Of a DNA stretch of 64,000 nt, positions 15,025 through 28,650 are shown piece by piece; position 1 is the first letter of the stretch; each line of letters starts with the position of its first letter. The notes beneath the pieces were generated by a model. That model made no database searches. It saw nothing but the letters and a program-made list of their open reading frames with translations, and was not told the origin of the DNA. A program made the position numbers and the translations under genes. Source of the DNA: Chrysomallon squamiferum (Eukaryota > Animalia > Mollusca); assembly GCA_012295275.1 (NCBI GenBank), contig CM022677.1, positions 21,390,001 through 21,454,000 of the forward strand, read 5' to 3'.

Positions 15025-16154
15025 ATACTACTAGATCCTATTTTAACAGTTGACTTATTGTTACTACTACTACTACACTAGATCCTATTTTAACAGTTGA
15101 TATTATTGTTACTGTTACTACCACTGTTATTACTACTGTACTACTATTACTATCATTGTTATTACCAGTACCACTACCACTTCAACTGCTACTACTGTTA
15201 TTACTACTACCACTACCACTCTGCTACTACTGCTGACACTACCACTACTACTACTTCCACTGCTACTACTACTACTACTACTAAGCGAAGACAGTCACAC
15301 AACATCTACAGGTCTGTCATCCAGCCAGAAGGAAACTCCTGGCGCCATAGAACGTCGACGACGAAGTCCTGTGTGGTGCAGACAACACCTGTGACAGACC
15401 GCGGTCGTGCCCTCGTCACTGACGTATCCTCTCTCCTTCTGACGTCAAGAGGAACGTGACGTCACAACCATCACGTGCTGTTGAAGAAGGGTTCCGTTTT
15501 TAGAGGTGGTGGCGTGACGTCAAGAAGACCGGCACCAGACTGTTGTGACTGTTGTGACTGTTGCGAAGTTGCGACTGTGGCGACTGTTGTGACTGTTGTG
15601 ACTGAAAGACAGTTTGAAAGGTAGCAGAACCACCCGGGGTGACACTTTGCAAACAGCCGTGTTAACCTTTTTTTGCAAACAGAACTTACCCCAGGGATGG
15701 CACTGCACCATAACAACACCAGACCCCAGACACTGCCAGAGTTCTGAAGCAGCATCTCGGTCAGAAATGTGTCCAATGTGCTACCCTGGCCTGTTCACAA
15801 GTTACTCACAAGTTACTCACAAGCACCACCAGCCCAATTGTGTCTGGATACGAAAAGAAGCGACGTTTCTGACGTCTTCGAAAAGTCTACAACAACAACA
15901 CTGCAGGGATCTTCGCGCTTGTCGTTTCTCAGACGTGGACTGACGTTCACGTAGAACTGGGTCCAGTGTTTGTTTAGCGACCTGAAGGAGAAGACGGTGC
16001 CGGTCGCTTAGCAACGCTTGAGGTGGATACACTCAGTGGTGATTGTGTGAACTTTGCTTCTGAAACTTTTCCAGTCGTGTGGCTCTTTTGGGTATTGCAG
16101 GTGCACCCGTTTATTCGATTGCAGATTGCTTCCTTATCTTCCAACAGTTTTCTT

Positions 16155-16185
<31 letters not shown>

Positions 16186-17077
16186 TTATTATTATATTAT
16201 TATTATTATTATTATTATATTTTTACATTTTCAGCAACATTATATTTATTATATAGATTATTATTATATTTTTTAAATTTTAAACTGTTTTATTTTTATT
16301 ATTTTTGATTGTATATGGATTATTCAATATATACTGTTATTATTATTCTTATTTTTTTACTATGGTAGTGGTAAAACATAAAGATCAGTTATCTTTGACG
16401 TTTGTGTGTCACAGTGCTGTTAGTTATGCTGGTAGTAGTGGTAATAATTAACAGTAGCAGTAGTAGTAGTGCTAGTAGTAGTGGTAATACCATTAATAGA
16501 ATACTATAGTGGTATTAGTGACAGTAGTAGCAGCTGTAGTAGTAGTAGTAGAAGTGACAGTAGTAGAAGTATTGTAGTAGGAGTAGTTGTAGTGACAGTA
16601 GTAGAATTGTAGTAGGAGTAGTAGTAGTGACAGTGGTAAGTACCATTAATAGTATGACACAGTAGAAGTACTAGAAGTGACAGTAGTAGTAGTCATGTAG
16701 TAGGAGTAGTTGTAGTGACAGTAGTAGAAGTATTGTAGTAGGAGTAGTTGTAGTGACAGTAGTAGAAGTATTGTAGTAGGAGTAGTTGTAGTGACAGTAG
16801 TAGAAGTAGTAGGAGTCGTTGTAGTGACAGTAGTAGAAGTACAGTAGTAGAAGTGACAGTAGTAGAAGTAGTTAAAAGAGCAGTAAGTAGTACGTGTGCA
16901 TGTGTGTGTGTGCGTGCGTGCGTGTGTGTGTTTTAAATGTACTGTTCTTCTTGTTGACGGTGTAATCAAATTTGTCTTTTCTTCTATTCTTCAGATATAA
17001 AAAATACCTTTATCAATTTGGGTTGAATCTAGGTGGTCCACCACAAACATCGTGAATATCAGCCAGAATTTGATCAT
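13523..17077 (-). CDS. Small secreted single Ig-like-domain protein (~126 aa)
   Basis: Exon 17077-17008 (MIKFWLIFTMFVVDHLDSTQIDK; signal-peptide-like, phase 1). Symmetric phase 1-1 exon 14777-14469 (AVRVRMHGQTFNLTDKKYTLYCEVVTSSRVASIQFQRWVAGKFVTDCSVYTSTCEVTDPSSDYYCGCETSGLYFMSFQRIRNKFLQPWRCKVNKYTSNQFYFY). The exon starting at 13524 completes a split T|AA stop. YTLYC...W...WRC spacing is Ig-like, with four extra Cys. Confidence 0.65.
16550..16870. repeat. Minisatellite derived from (GTA)n, ~38-bp unit GTAGTAGAAGTATTGTAGTAGGAGTAGTTGTAGTGACA
   Basis: Several near-identical tandem units are directly visible. Confidence 0.75.
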
Positions 17078-17589
17078 AACGAAAATGTTAAGTATTGGAC
17101 TCTCTCGTGAATCGTTTCAGATAAAACTATAATGATACGTTTAATTATTCAACATCTGGTCTGAAACCGAATGCTGCAAACGATCCAGTCACGTGATTTG
17201 CAGCACTCGGTTTTTATTTTTTTTTTTATTTAAGCTTTCAAGATATCAGTTTGATAATATGACATCTGTAGACATTTTTATTGTACGGTATATATGTATA
17301 TATCTGTATGTACGTGTTAATGAGTATGTGTGTGTGTGTATATAGTTTAGGATTTTGAATATTCTCTCTGTCTTATGTCTGGTTAGACTCTGCACACAGA
17401 CAATATTCGGGAACGCACTGGCGCAGGAGGACAAAGTTCAATCACGACCTCACAAACCTCGATCAGATGCCTGCTAATTCGGACGATGTTACCCTCGAAC
17501 GTATGACAACCCATTTTTTAAGTCCGCTAGCAAACCTCGTAACATTTGACCACAGCGAAATTCAAACAACCTGATTTTGAACTTAAAGT

Positions 17590-18432
17590 CACTGATGTTG
17601 TTGAACAGGCTAAGCAGCTGACGTAAAGAAATTAATCTGCTGAATCCACTGTCACTGATGTTGTTGAACAGTGCTAATCTAGTGACGTTCTTGAACAGTG
17701 ATAATCTACTGCCACTGATGTTGTGTATTAGTGCTAATGCTGTCACTGATGTTGTGAACACTGATGTTTGTTGAACAGTGATAATGTTCTGTTACTAATC
17801 TGCTGAACTGAGTTGTTGAAATCTAGTCACTGGCGTTCTTGAACAGTGATAATCTAGTCACTGATGTTCTAGGATAGTGATAATCTACTGTCACTGATGT
17901 TCTTGGATAGTGATAATCTACTGTGACTGATGTTCTAGGATAGTGATAATCTACTGTGACTGATGTTCTAGGATAGTGATAATCTACTGTGACTGATGTT
18001 CTAGGATAGTGATAATCTACTGTCACTGATGTTGTTGAACTTGGATAGTGATAATGACGTTCATGAACTGATGTCTACTGCGACTGAGGATAGTGATAAT
18101 CTGATGTTGTGACTGATGTTCTAGGAACAGTGATAATACTGCGACTACTGTGACTGATGTTCTGAACAGGATAGTGATAATCTAATCTGCTGACTGATGT
18201 TGTTGAACAGGATAGTGATAATAATCTACTGTGACTGATGTTGCTGAATAGTGGTAATCTACTGTGACTGATGTTCTAGGATAGTGGTAATCTACTGTGA
18301 CTGACGTTCTTGGATAGTGGTAATCTACTGTGACTGATGTTCTAGGATAGTGATAATCTACTGTGACTGATGTTCTAGGATAGTGATAATCTACTGTGAC
18401 TGATGTTCTAGGATAGTGATAATCTACTGTCA
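17590..18432. repeat. 33-bp minisatellite (TGACTGATGTTCTAGGATAGTGATAATCTACTG)
   Basis: Near-perfect units at ~17860-18030 and ~18230-18432, with degenerate units at 17590-17860 and 18030-18230. It explains the TVDYHYPRTSV repeats in the ORF track. Confidence 0.9.
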
Positions 18433-18679
18433 AATTAAGGTAAACATGAAGGGTTTTCTGTTGTTTTGTTAGCAGAAAACTTTTATTTGCTCTCATTGAC
18501 CGACACCTCATCCAGTACGAGATGAAAAAGAACACACACACACACAGGCACACACACAGACATAGACACACACATAGAACACATACACATCATGTGTGTA
18601 CATACAAACGTAGACAGAGACACAAAATCTCGATGTTTCTATAACATATAAAAACACCCATCTACATAAGTATATATTT

Positions 18680-18770
18680 GTAGATAGGCATATACATATA
18701 TGCATACACAGTCACACACACACACACACACACACATATATACATATATATATACAGATAGGCATATACA

Positions 18771-18832
<62 letters not shown>

Positions 18833-19150
18833 CAGATAGGCATACACAGACACACACACACATACATACATATATATACATATATGCATACACAGACACA
18901 CACACACACATACATACATATATATACATATATGCATACACAGACACACACACACATACATACATATATATACATATACACAGATATGCATACACAGACA
19001 CACACACACATACATACATATACATATACACAGATATGCATACACACACATACATATACATATATACAGATATGCATACACAGACACGCACACATACACA
19101 CACATACATACATATATATACATATATACAGATATGCATACACAGACACG
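18680..19150. repeat. Compound (CA)n/(TA)n higher-order repeat with a GATATGCATACACAGAC anchor
   Basis: Recurring units ACAGATATGCATACACAGACAC(AC)n ATACATATAT are visible. Confidence 0.75.
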
Positions 19151-19619
19151 CAAGCTCGCAAACACTCGAAACATAAGAATATGAAAACAAACCAAAAAAT
19201 ATTCATCTGTTTTGGCAGTTAGTTTATTTAGTTTGACACATAAAAGTCACAAAAAAACAAAATAATAATAATAATAATACAACAATTTCGTAAGCACATA
19301 ATAATGTAAAAACAAGAATTCACAAACACATCAAGAAACAAAACAAACGAAAACAAGAAAGAAGAAAATAATAGCTAAAAAAAAAATATAGATGAAACGA
19401 AGACCGTAATAAAAAAAAAAAAAAAAAAAAAACAAAGACAAGAATAATCAGAAAAATAAGATTACTGAATCATTTACCTTATTCATTATTCCGATTATTC
19501 ATTACAGATTGCGTGAAAACAAAATACAACACGAAAGACGATACATGAATAGTTTGTATAAGTGAATAACGTGATTGTGTTTCTGTTTGATAAACCAATT
19601 CATTTAGCATGCACACACA

Positions 19620-20300
19620 TTGTTATGAATAACTGCTGATCAAGAAAAAATAAATAACATTAAAGTCATTTAGTAAAAAAAAAAAAAAAACTGGAAAAAT
19701 TTACATAAATAACTGACACTGGCATTTGCAAAAATAAATATCACGTGACCTCTTTATTTAGATTAGCTGTATACTTAATACTGTGGTGGCAGAAATAATA
19801 TTATTAAAGCTTTTTTTTTATTCAGAATACGTACATAACAGTATTGTGATTGCCAACATAAACTTTACTAAAGCTTTTTATACATGAATAACTCAGTGTT
19901 TGTTGCAAAAATAAATATTACTAAGCTTTTTTTCTTCACACTAGGTGAATAATTGATAGTCTTATTGCAAAAAAAAAACACAGTATTACTAAATCTCTTT
20001 TATTTAGTATATGTGAACAACTGGTATTGTTTTTGCAAAAATAAACATTACAGAAGTTCTTCATTCAGAGTACATAAATATGTGACCCTTTTATTGCAAA
20101 AAAAAATAAATAAATAATAAAACTATTACTAAACATGTTTATTCAGAATACCGTAAATAACTGAACTAGTTTGCAAAAAAAAAAAAAAAAAAAAAAAAAA
20201 ATACGACTAATTTTCTTTATTCAGATTAGATGAATAACTGATTGTGTTATGTCAAAAATAAATATTTTTTTTATTCAGGATATGTGAATACACACGTGTG
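19620..20300. repeat. Degenerate ~60-bp tandem array
   Basis: Recurring TTATTCAG...TGAATAACTG...TTGCAAAAATAAATATTACTAAAG motifs at ~55-70 bp spacing, roughly ten units. Confidence 0.6.
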
Positions 20301-20411
20301 TATATTTTTGTATGTATGAATGAATATTCATATATTAAAGAAGCGTCCTTAGTCATTCACACACATGAATAACTCATTAATATTATTATCTGAGCATGAA
20401 TATCTTTAAAA

Positions 20412-20442
<31 letters not shown>

Positions 20443-21835
20443 CAAAAATTATAGTTGAGTAAGGGTGAACATAAAAAAATAATTCCAGAGACTACTGTTA
20501 ACAAATAAAAAATTTCATTTCAAATAATGCAATATTCATGATGTATGCGTGTTGTGTGTGTGTGTGTGTCTAAGTGAAATCAAATATTCATGATATGTAG
20601 AAATAGTCGTGTATAATGCTGAACATCATTCTAACCTATCAAAGTCAAACCAATGTAACTTAACTGAATATTCATGAATATCAAATAATGACTATAGTTT
20701 TATGTTTTCCGAATATACTCCTGAATAACTGTAAACGAATAATACCGAGCTGTGGCAGTGAACGTGTGCGATGAATTTCATGAATTAACATGAATAAATG
20801 ATGAGTATTCTTGAATTAAAGTGAATAAAATGAGTATTCTTGAAAAATGAGACGAATGCATCTAAGTATAAGAAAAATAATAAAGAATAATTACTGAATA
20901 ATTTTCACATATTTAAAGTCAAATAATAATAATAATAATGATAATAATAAAAATAATAATTCGTGTATATATGTATGTGTATATATATATATATACAAAT
21001 TCATTTCTACGATCTTTGAACAATGTAGAAACTGAAATTGAAGCAATTAATACTAATTAATACTATCGGGTATATATATCCGAGTTTAAATAAATTTTTA
21101 AATAAATATTTTTCATTAATATCATAAATCAAAATGCATTTCATTTTTTTAATAATCTATACAATGAAATATAATAAAAAATAAAATAAAATAAAAATTA
21201 TAAAAAATAGCAATTTATACTTCGAATACATATATCTAAGTTTAGGGGAAAAAAAAAAAAAAAAAAAAGACTGAATAATATATTTCAATAATATCATAAT
21301 AACTAAAAGATTCCTTTTTTTTAAAATAAAGGTTCAGCCCTTTGAATAATGAACACCTTTCTGAATATGTATAAAAATATTAATGATTCTCATATACTGA
21401 TTAAAGTTGAAACTATGAATATTTACATATGACGTGTTCATGAATATCTTTATATACGTCATTAATCTTCGTCCAGAGACTGAAACGGCCTCATGTTATT
21501 AATAACAGATATAAATATATATATAACACAGAGATCTGGATAACTTTATAGATGGCTACGTCAGATTAATAAAACATGAATACTGGTAGTTCTGAATAGA
21601 CACTTGTGTATAAACGTATCAGTAAGTACTTGTTGAGAGAGAGAGAGAGAGAGAGAGATGATTTATGCATAGATTCAAAATACAGCAATTCAGACACACA
21701 AACATCCTCCGAGACTGAATGACAGAACAAATCACAAATACACATAACAAATAAGCTATAAACGTAACCATAGATTCGCTTCCTTGAAACGTATACATAC
21801 ATATTTATTAACAGAATTCCTTAGACACATTCAAT

Positions 21836-21952
<117 letters not shown>

Positions 21953-22652
21953 ATATGTAATATGAGCAAAACTGCGATGTAAATAATTTTACATACATTT
22001 CATACTGATGAGTGTAAAATTGTAAGTACATACGTAAACATCTAATTCATTATTAATTTATATGTCATATTAATTTACATAAATCATACTCATTTCATTC
22101 TATGTATTAATTTTGTTTTAACTCTCGTTGATTGATGAAGTAATTTATATCTTCATATTATTATTATTATTATTATATATTTCACATTTGTTGCTTAGGT
22201 ATCAATATAGTTATAACGCTAATTCCTTCATAAGAACGAAAACAAACAAAAAAAAAAAAAAGAAAAGTAAACATAACTAAAATGCAAAACTGGCTGCAAA
22301 GCGTTAGAATATAATTAGCTACCCATAAAACCAGAAAAATAGAAAAATAAATTAATAAATTAATAAAAAGGAAAGAAAAGCAAAAGAAAGGAAAAGAAAA
22401 AAAGATAAATAAATAAAATAAAACAAACTAACACCTACTATCAAGTTAGTTCCCATTCCGTTGTCAGGCATGAAGAGACAAAAACAAAAACCAATGGTTG
22501 GAACGTGAAACGAATTCTGTAGGCGCTCGGAAACGTGCAGCTGTGTTGTTGTTGGACAACGAGACACACAAAAAAAAAAAAAAAACAGTGGTTAGAACGA
22601 GAAAATCAGTCGCTCATGTGAGAAGAAGAAGAAGAGACGACTCTTTCGGTAA

Positions 22653-23776
22653 CTACGTAATCTGGAGTTTGCTCAGTTCTCTATAGCAACGGTAACCAAG
22701 GTAGTACCAGCAGCTTCCGAACACGTCCCAGACGTAGAGCTGAAGGTCGACTGGGTGCAGAATTTTCCTCTCGTCTCTAGTGAACATGGCGAACAGCACC
22801 TGCTGATCTGAGTTACTCAGCGACATATTTAAATACCTCTCCACCGCCGTACGGTATATCTTTATGAACGAAAGAAACAGGGTCGTGCGCCCCAGGAAAA
22901 ACCCGCCCCCGACCCACAGTTTGTTTCCTTTGAATATCTCTTCGGGCGTTTCCGCCATTGTCCGGTCTTCTATCTGGTTGGCGGCGATTTTTCGCTCGTC
23001 GAAGTTGATCGGGAGCGTCATTCGGAAGGGCCGCTTTCTCTCCGTGATCAGGCGGAAAAAGCCGAAGTCGATCCACATGACGTACGGGGTCCTCACGTGT
23101 CTTTTCGAAATGGCGTCCTCGACGCACGCGTACTTGGCGTGCTGCGCGCACGAGTACTCGGGTACGACCGTGTTCGGGTGGAACTTCGGGTACTCCGGGT
23201 TCGAGTAGATTTCCCGTATCCTGTGAATCCACTGGAACGCCCAGAGCGACGTCCTGTCGACCTTTATCACCTTTGTTGTCTCCGTCAAATGGGCCCGCAT
23301 CGCTGAGAAGCTGAAGGCGAACTCGTCGCTGTCGGTGTAGAAGACGACGGGGTTGTGCATGTACTGGTACACGGACGACCACCTTCGGTACATTCCGGGA
23401 CCGAAAAAGTTTCCGTCGCTGCCCTTACGGAAACGTCCGAGGTTGAAGTACGCCGTGACGACGGTGACGTTGTGAGGTTCGTTCCCGGTTCCCTGATAGC
23501 GCGGGAAATAGTTCAGCGGCACCACTCCGTGCATGCACATCGGTCTCTGCAAATCAATCGATAAATCAACAGATCAATCAATAAGATCAATGAATTAAAG
23601 TGTTAATTTAACGCTGCCATGAAAAGAACAAAATACAAATCGAGAGTCGTTGTGTATCGAAAATTTTTGCGTAAATAGAATCTTGAACAGAAACGAAAAA
23701 AAAAAGAGAGAAAAAGAAAAGAGACCAAGCGAAAATATGTTTAAAAAAATAAAATAAAATAATAATAAAATACATC

Positions 23777-23821
<45 letters not shown>

Positions 23822-24330
23822 CGAAACCATAAGAACAAACTGCAAATAGCCTGTCACTGGAGATGTTTAAAAATCTGTCTTTGGCGAAAAAGCGAATCAA
23901 ATGTTTCCCATCTAGTCTTAATTAAAAACGCATTATTACAACAAGCGTGTTCTGTACGCCGCCATTTGTGTCTAGCCGTGACGTCATTACGTACTTGGCG
24001 AACTTCCTCAATGGATTCTGCTAGCATTGTCAAAAGAAAAGCAAAATTACATCTTTAATGTGTGACGTATTGAAATGATAAAATGAAAGAGAGAGAGACA
24101 AAGAGAGACAGAGAAAAAGAGACAGAAAAACATTTACTGTTTTAATTACACATTTTATTATTTTCTCATTGCTATGATCGCAAACATTTCATTTGGCAGT
24201 ATAAGTAGTAAAATTGTTGTTATTATTATTATTAGTAGTAATATAATAATACTAGTAGTACAGCAGCAGCAGTAGTAGTAGTAATAGTAGCATCAGTACT
24301 GTTAGTAATACTACTAGTAGTAGTATAACA

Positions 24331-24374
<44 letters not shown>

Positions 24375-24725
24375 GATTACTGGAGCAAAACTAGTTAGCA
24401 TTAGTACTGTTAGTAATACTAGTAGTAGTATAACATTATTTATTATTATTATTATTATGATTACTGGAGCAAAACTAGTTAGCATTAGTACTGTTAGTAA
24501 TAATACTAGTAGTAGTATAACATTATCTATTATTATTATTATTATTATTATTATTATGATTACTGGAGTAAAACCAGTCCCTGAAATAAGCTGCAGCAAA
24601 ACAGTAGTAGTAGTAGTAATGTTAGTAGTAGTAGTAGTAATAGTAGCAGCACCAGCAGCAACATCAAGGTAACATCAGCAGAAACACAAACAGTAGTAAC
24701 ATTATAATTCATTAGTAGTAGTAGC

Positions 24726-24772
<47 letters not shown>

Positions 24773-24877
24773 CAGAGTAATAAATACCATAATGATGACA
24801 TGCAGGATGGTGTAGAAGATGATGAAACCAGTGATGATCAGCCATAGTGATTTACTGTGACGTCGAAAGAACATCAT
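22653..24877 (-). CDS. HtrL/YibB-like putative glycosyltransferase, type II membrane protein, paralogue 2 (327 aa)
   Basis: Exon 24877-24788 (MMFFRRHSKSLWLIITGFIIFYTILHVIIM; GTATTT donor, phase 0) joins exon 23546-22653 (TTGCAG acceptor; RPMCM...ELSKLQIT*). It has the same motifs and exon structure as paralogue 1 (VTVVTAYFNLG, PEYSCAQHAKY, WIDFGFFR, SNSDQQVL) and about 70% aa identity by eye. Confidence 0.9.
24290..24570. repeat. ~90-bp tandem triplication in the intron of paralogue 2
   Basis: ATTACTGGAGCAAAACTAGTTAGCATTAGTACTGTTAGTAATACTAGTAGTAGTATAACATT(ATT)n is repeated. Confidence 0.8.
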
Positions 24878-25215
24878 TTATCATCTCGGAGACAATCTGA
24901 AACAAAGACAGATTTTACATGTTAAGCATTGTAACAGTAACTGCCGTTGTTGTTGTAGTTGTTGTTCTCACTGTTGTGGGTTTTTTTTATATTATTTTGG
25001 TTTCTTTTGTTGTAGTTGTTGTTGTTGTTGTTGCTGCTATTGTTATGATCATATACATCGTCATCGTCGTTGTTTATTATTATTCTTTGCTGCTGTTGTT
25101 GTAGTGGCATGTGGTGTTACTGAAACGACTTGTGCGGTTTTCATTGCTGTTGTTGTTGACGTTGTGATTTGTGTGTTTATTATAATTATCATTATTGTTC
25201 TTGCCGTTGCTGTTG

Positions 25216-25261
<46 letters not shown>

Positions 25262-25445
25262 CATTATTATTATTACTGTCATTGTCGTAGTTTTCTGTTT
25301 TCATTATTTGTTCTTGTTTTTATTGTTACTGTGTGTTCGTCCATGAAAATAATAATTTTCAGTGTTTTTTTGCCATACAGGCTCATAGCGACCGACGTAA
25401 AACAAATATTTACCGTTGCATGGCCTAAAGTGTAAGTAAACACTG

Positions 25446-25485
<40 letters not shown>

Positions 25486-26197
25486 ATGTTTCGAGAACTG
25501 TGTACAAAATTAAATAACATGAGGCGGAGTTATATGGTGGGGGGGCAAAAGTTGCGACAGTATCTCTCGTTTAAATACCAACGAAATGTCAGAATTGTTT
25601 AAATCAATTTTACATTTAATGTTCAGTAATTTGTTTGGTTTAGAAGCTGTCGCCGTTGGCGGAGATTATCCGTTTCGTGTGTCACGTTAACATTTTGGAT
25701 GACGTGGGGGAAATAAAGAAACAAGAGCAGAATGTTACTGACTAAAATATCGTATCCTAGCCCGTTACGATACGTAACGAGCAAGTCACGTGGGGGTCTA
25801 ATTGTTGAGTTAAAATGTGTTTTTTTTTTTATTTATAAATAAAACTTCATCTACAAATAAGATATAAAATTTGTTCACAGAGTGCAAAAAATAAAAAAAA
25901 AAAAAAAAAAAAAAATTGTAAATTATCGATTAAAAGATATCGATTATTACGCGATATTTGATTTTCATTTGCCGATAAAATATTATCGATTTCCACCAGT
26001 TCATGACCGATACATGGAGTTCAGCGGGTCAACGTTTTACAGTCACAGGCTGGTGCGATCTGGTTTATCTGAGCTCTGTACATTACAAAGTCACGTATTA
26101 TATAGTGAAACTTCATAATTTATGTTAGTGCTATGTCTGGATATTTATTTATTTATTTATACTATTATTATTATTATGTATTTATTATCATTATATA

Positions 26198-26233
<36 letters not shown>

Positions 26234-27549
26234 TTTTTTTTTTTTTTTTTTTAATATCAGTTTTCTGTGATTAAGCTACCAAGCTATAAAGCTTGAAATC
26301 TGGTCACGCATCCATTTTATTTTTATTATTATTATTATTAATTTTTTTTTTTAAACCGTATCAGCTTGCTAGTTACCCGCTTTCACGGTTCGGTTGCCAG
26401 GGTCCATCCAGCGTTTTCTTATTCTGACAGAGGAATCCAGTTACACCATTTCTTTCTTAGAATTAAATTATTTATATTTGTATACATCGGATATTTATAA
26501 ATTCATTTTTTTATTTTTTTTTTTTTTTTTATCTGAACTCACTACCAGGTAATCTTTTTTTTTTTCACTTTTCACATCGGGATTTTGTCTTACGCTAAAC
26601 TTCAGTAGTTACGATCTGACGTAAGAAATTAACACTTGAGCAGTTACGACCTGACGTAAGTAAGTTAATCTCTCTTGTTGCATACAGCGTCTGTCACTGC
26701 AGCCACTCCTGTATGATGACTGGATTTGGATATTATACGACAGACATTTGCTGTGACCGCTTTTTATCACTAATCTACACTTAAGATTCTCTCCATCTAG
26801 CAAGCGAGTTATTTTAAGAACTATGACGTAGACTGAAGAAATACAGTGACGAAACTACGGTTGATCATTCGAGTCATATATATATAAAAAAAAAAATAAA
26901 AAAAAAAAAAAAATGAATAATAATAATAATAATAAATAAATAAATAAATAATAATAATCCAAGATGGGTCATTCAACGTTTTTCATTAGAAATGAATTAA
27001 GCCAATTTTATTTATTCATTAAAAAAAAAAAAAAAAAAATCATTCACTGAAACAAACTCAATATGCACGTGATTTTTGAAATATATATCATTATCACGAT
27101 AATAATAAGAATAATAATAAATGCAATAATAACTATAATAATATTAACAACAATAATATTAGCAGTATATAACAATAATAATAGTAATAATAATAAAAAT
27201 AACAATAGCAATATAATAATAATTATAATAACAATATAATAATAATTATAATAATAATAAAGAATTTGTATTGATTACCAGAGATAAATCAAGTCATTTT
27301 ATTATTCGTTAATTTCTTTAGACAGATATACGTGCTGACTGCACATAGAGCAGCAGACGGTAGTTTAAACCTGACTATTGTAACATGTGTCTCTATCTGA
27401 TTTTATTTCATAGACGTTTATTGCAGTTATATTGCTGCCACCTTCACAAGTGATAACAACTGAGTTGTTATTTAGTTTGCACCTGCTACATTGTGTGTTT
27501 TGTTTCTCTTTAAATACCGTTGTTATTTAAAGAAAATATAATAATAATA

Positions 27550-27596
<47 letters not shown>

Positions 27597-28598
27597 CAAC
27601 AAATAAAATGAAATATTATAATAATGTAATAAAATAAAATATACTAAAAATAAAATAAAATTCATTAGAATATAATAACAAAAACAACAACAACAATATG
27701 TAATGGAACATAACGTAATATAAAAATAGATGACAAAACATTTTCTAATTGCTTAAATTAGTTGGTTTGTTGGGTGTTGGTTTGTAGGAATGGAATTAGG
27801 AAGCATGCATAAGAACAGAAAAAACGAATAACCTCGTTATCGTTTATAAAGCACGAAAGTGTTCATTAAAATTATATATAAAGATAACCAACAGTGATTC
27901 CATGAACATATAATAATTATACCCTTAAAAATAATATTATAATATATTTATAAATTAAAAAAAACATGTCCCGAAAGGACACCAGATGTATTTGTACAGA
28001 ATATTCCCACTGGCTTTATCTTGTCGCCAGTCGTAACCTTTGACCTCGTACGAGCGAACCACTTTCTCTGTTTAGCAGAAGCGACAAACTGATAACAAAC
28101 GTGCTCGCGTTTATTCAGAATTCAAAAAATAATAACTCAGTTCAAATTAGAGTAGATGAAAATATACGATACTACTATGTCTTTTTAATCGAGTAAACAT
28201 TATTCACGACCTCTGACCTCTCAAAAGAAACACATTCTTGGTTACTCATCGCCTGAAAGCGGTTAAATGGTGCGAAACGTGTCATTTAAAGGAACGAACA
28301 TTATCAAATATATTATTCATGTGCTTTGTACCGTGGCTGTGATGAGATAAGAAAATATATTAATATCGTCTGAGAAACAAGCTAAAAATGAAATATTCTA
28401 ACCTGAATGCCGAATGATGAGAACGATGAATGATGAGACAATTGTCATCCATCCGCTTGAAAAGCAAACGCGCTTCTTTCATCTGGTTCCTTTGTTAGAT
28501 GAACCTGGTAATTGCCTCCCTTGTAAATTCGTCCAAATCTGCTTTGTGTCTTTTCTTTTCGGTCATTTACAAATCCAACCACTTCGACGACGGCGATG

Positions 28599-28650
<52 letters not shown>

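Noticed and set aside
15690-15755. MLLQNSGSVWGLVLLWCSAIPG as the primary signal-peptide exon of the Ig-like gene
   Set aside because: It ends in phase 0 while the Ig exon needs phase 1; exon 17077-17008 fits exactly.
17590-18432. CRISPR-like array or repeat-protein exon
   Set aside because: The units are head-to-tail with no unique spacers, the context is eukaryotic, and no convincing splice sites or continuous ORF span the array.
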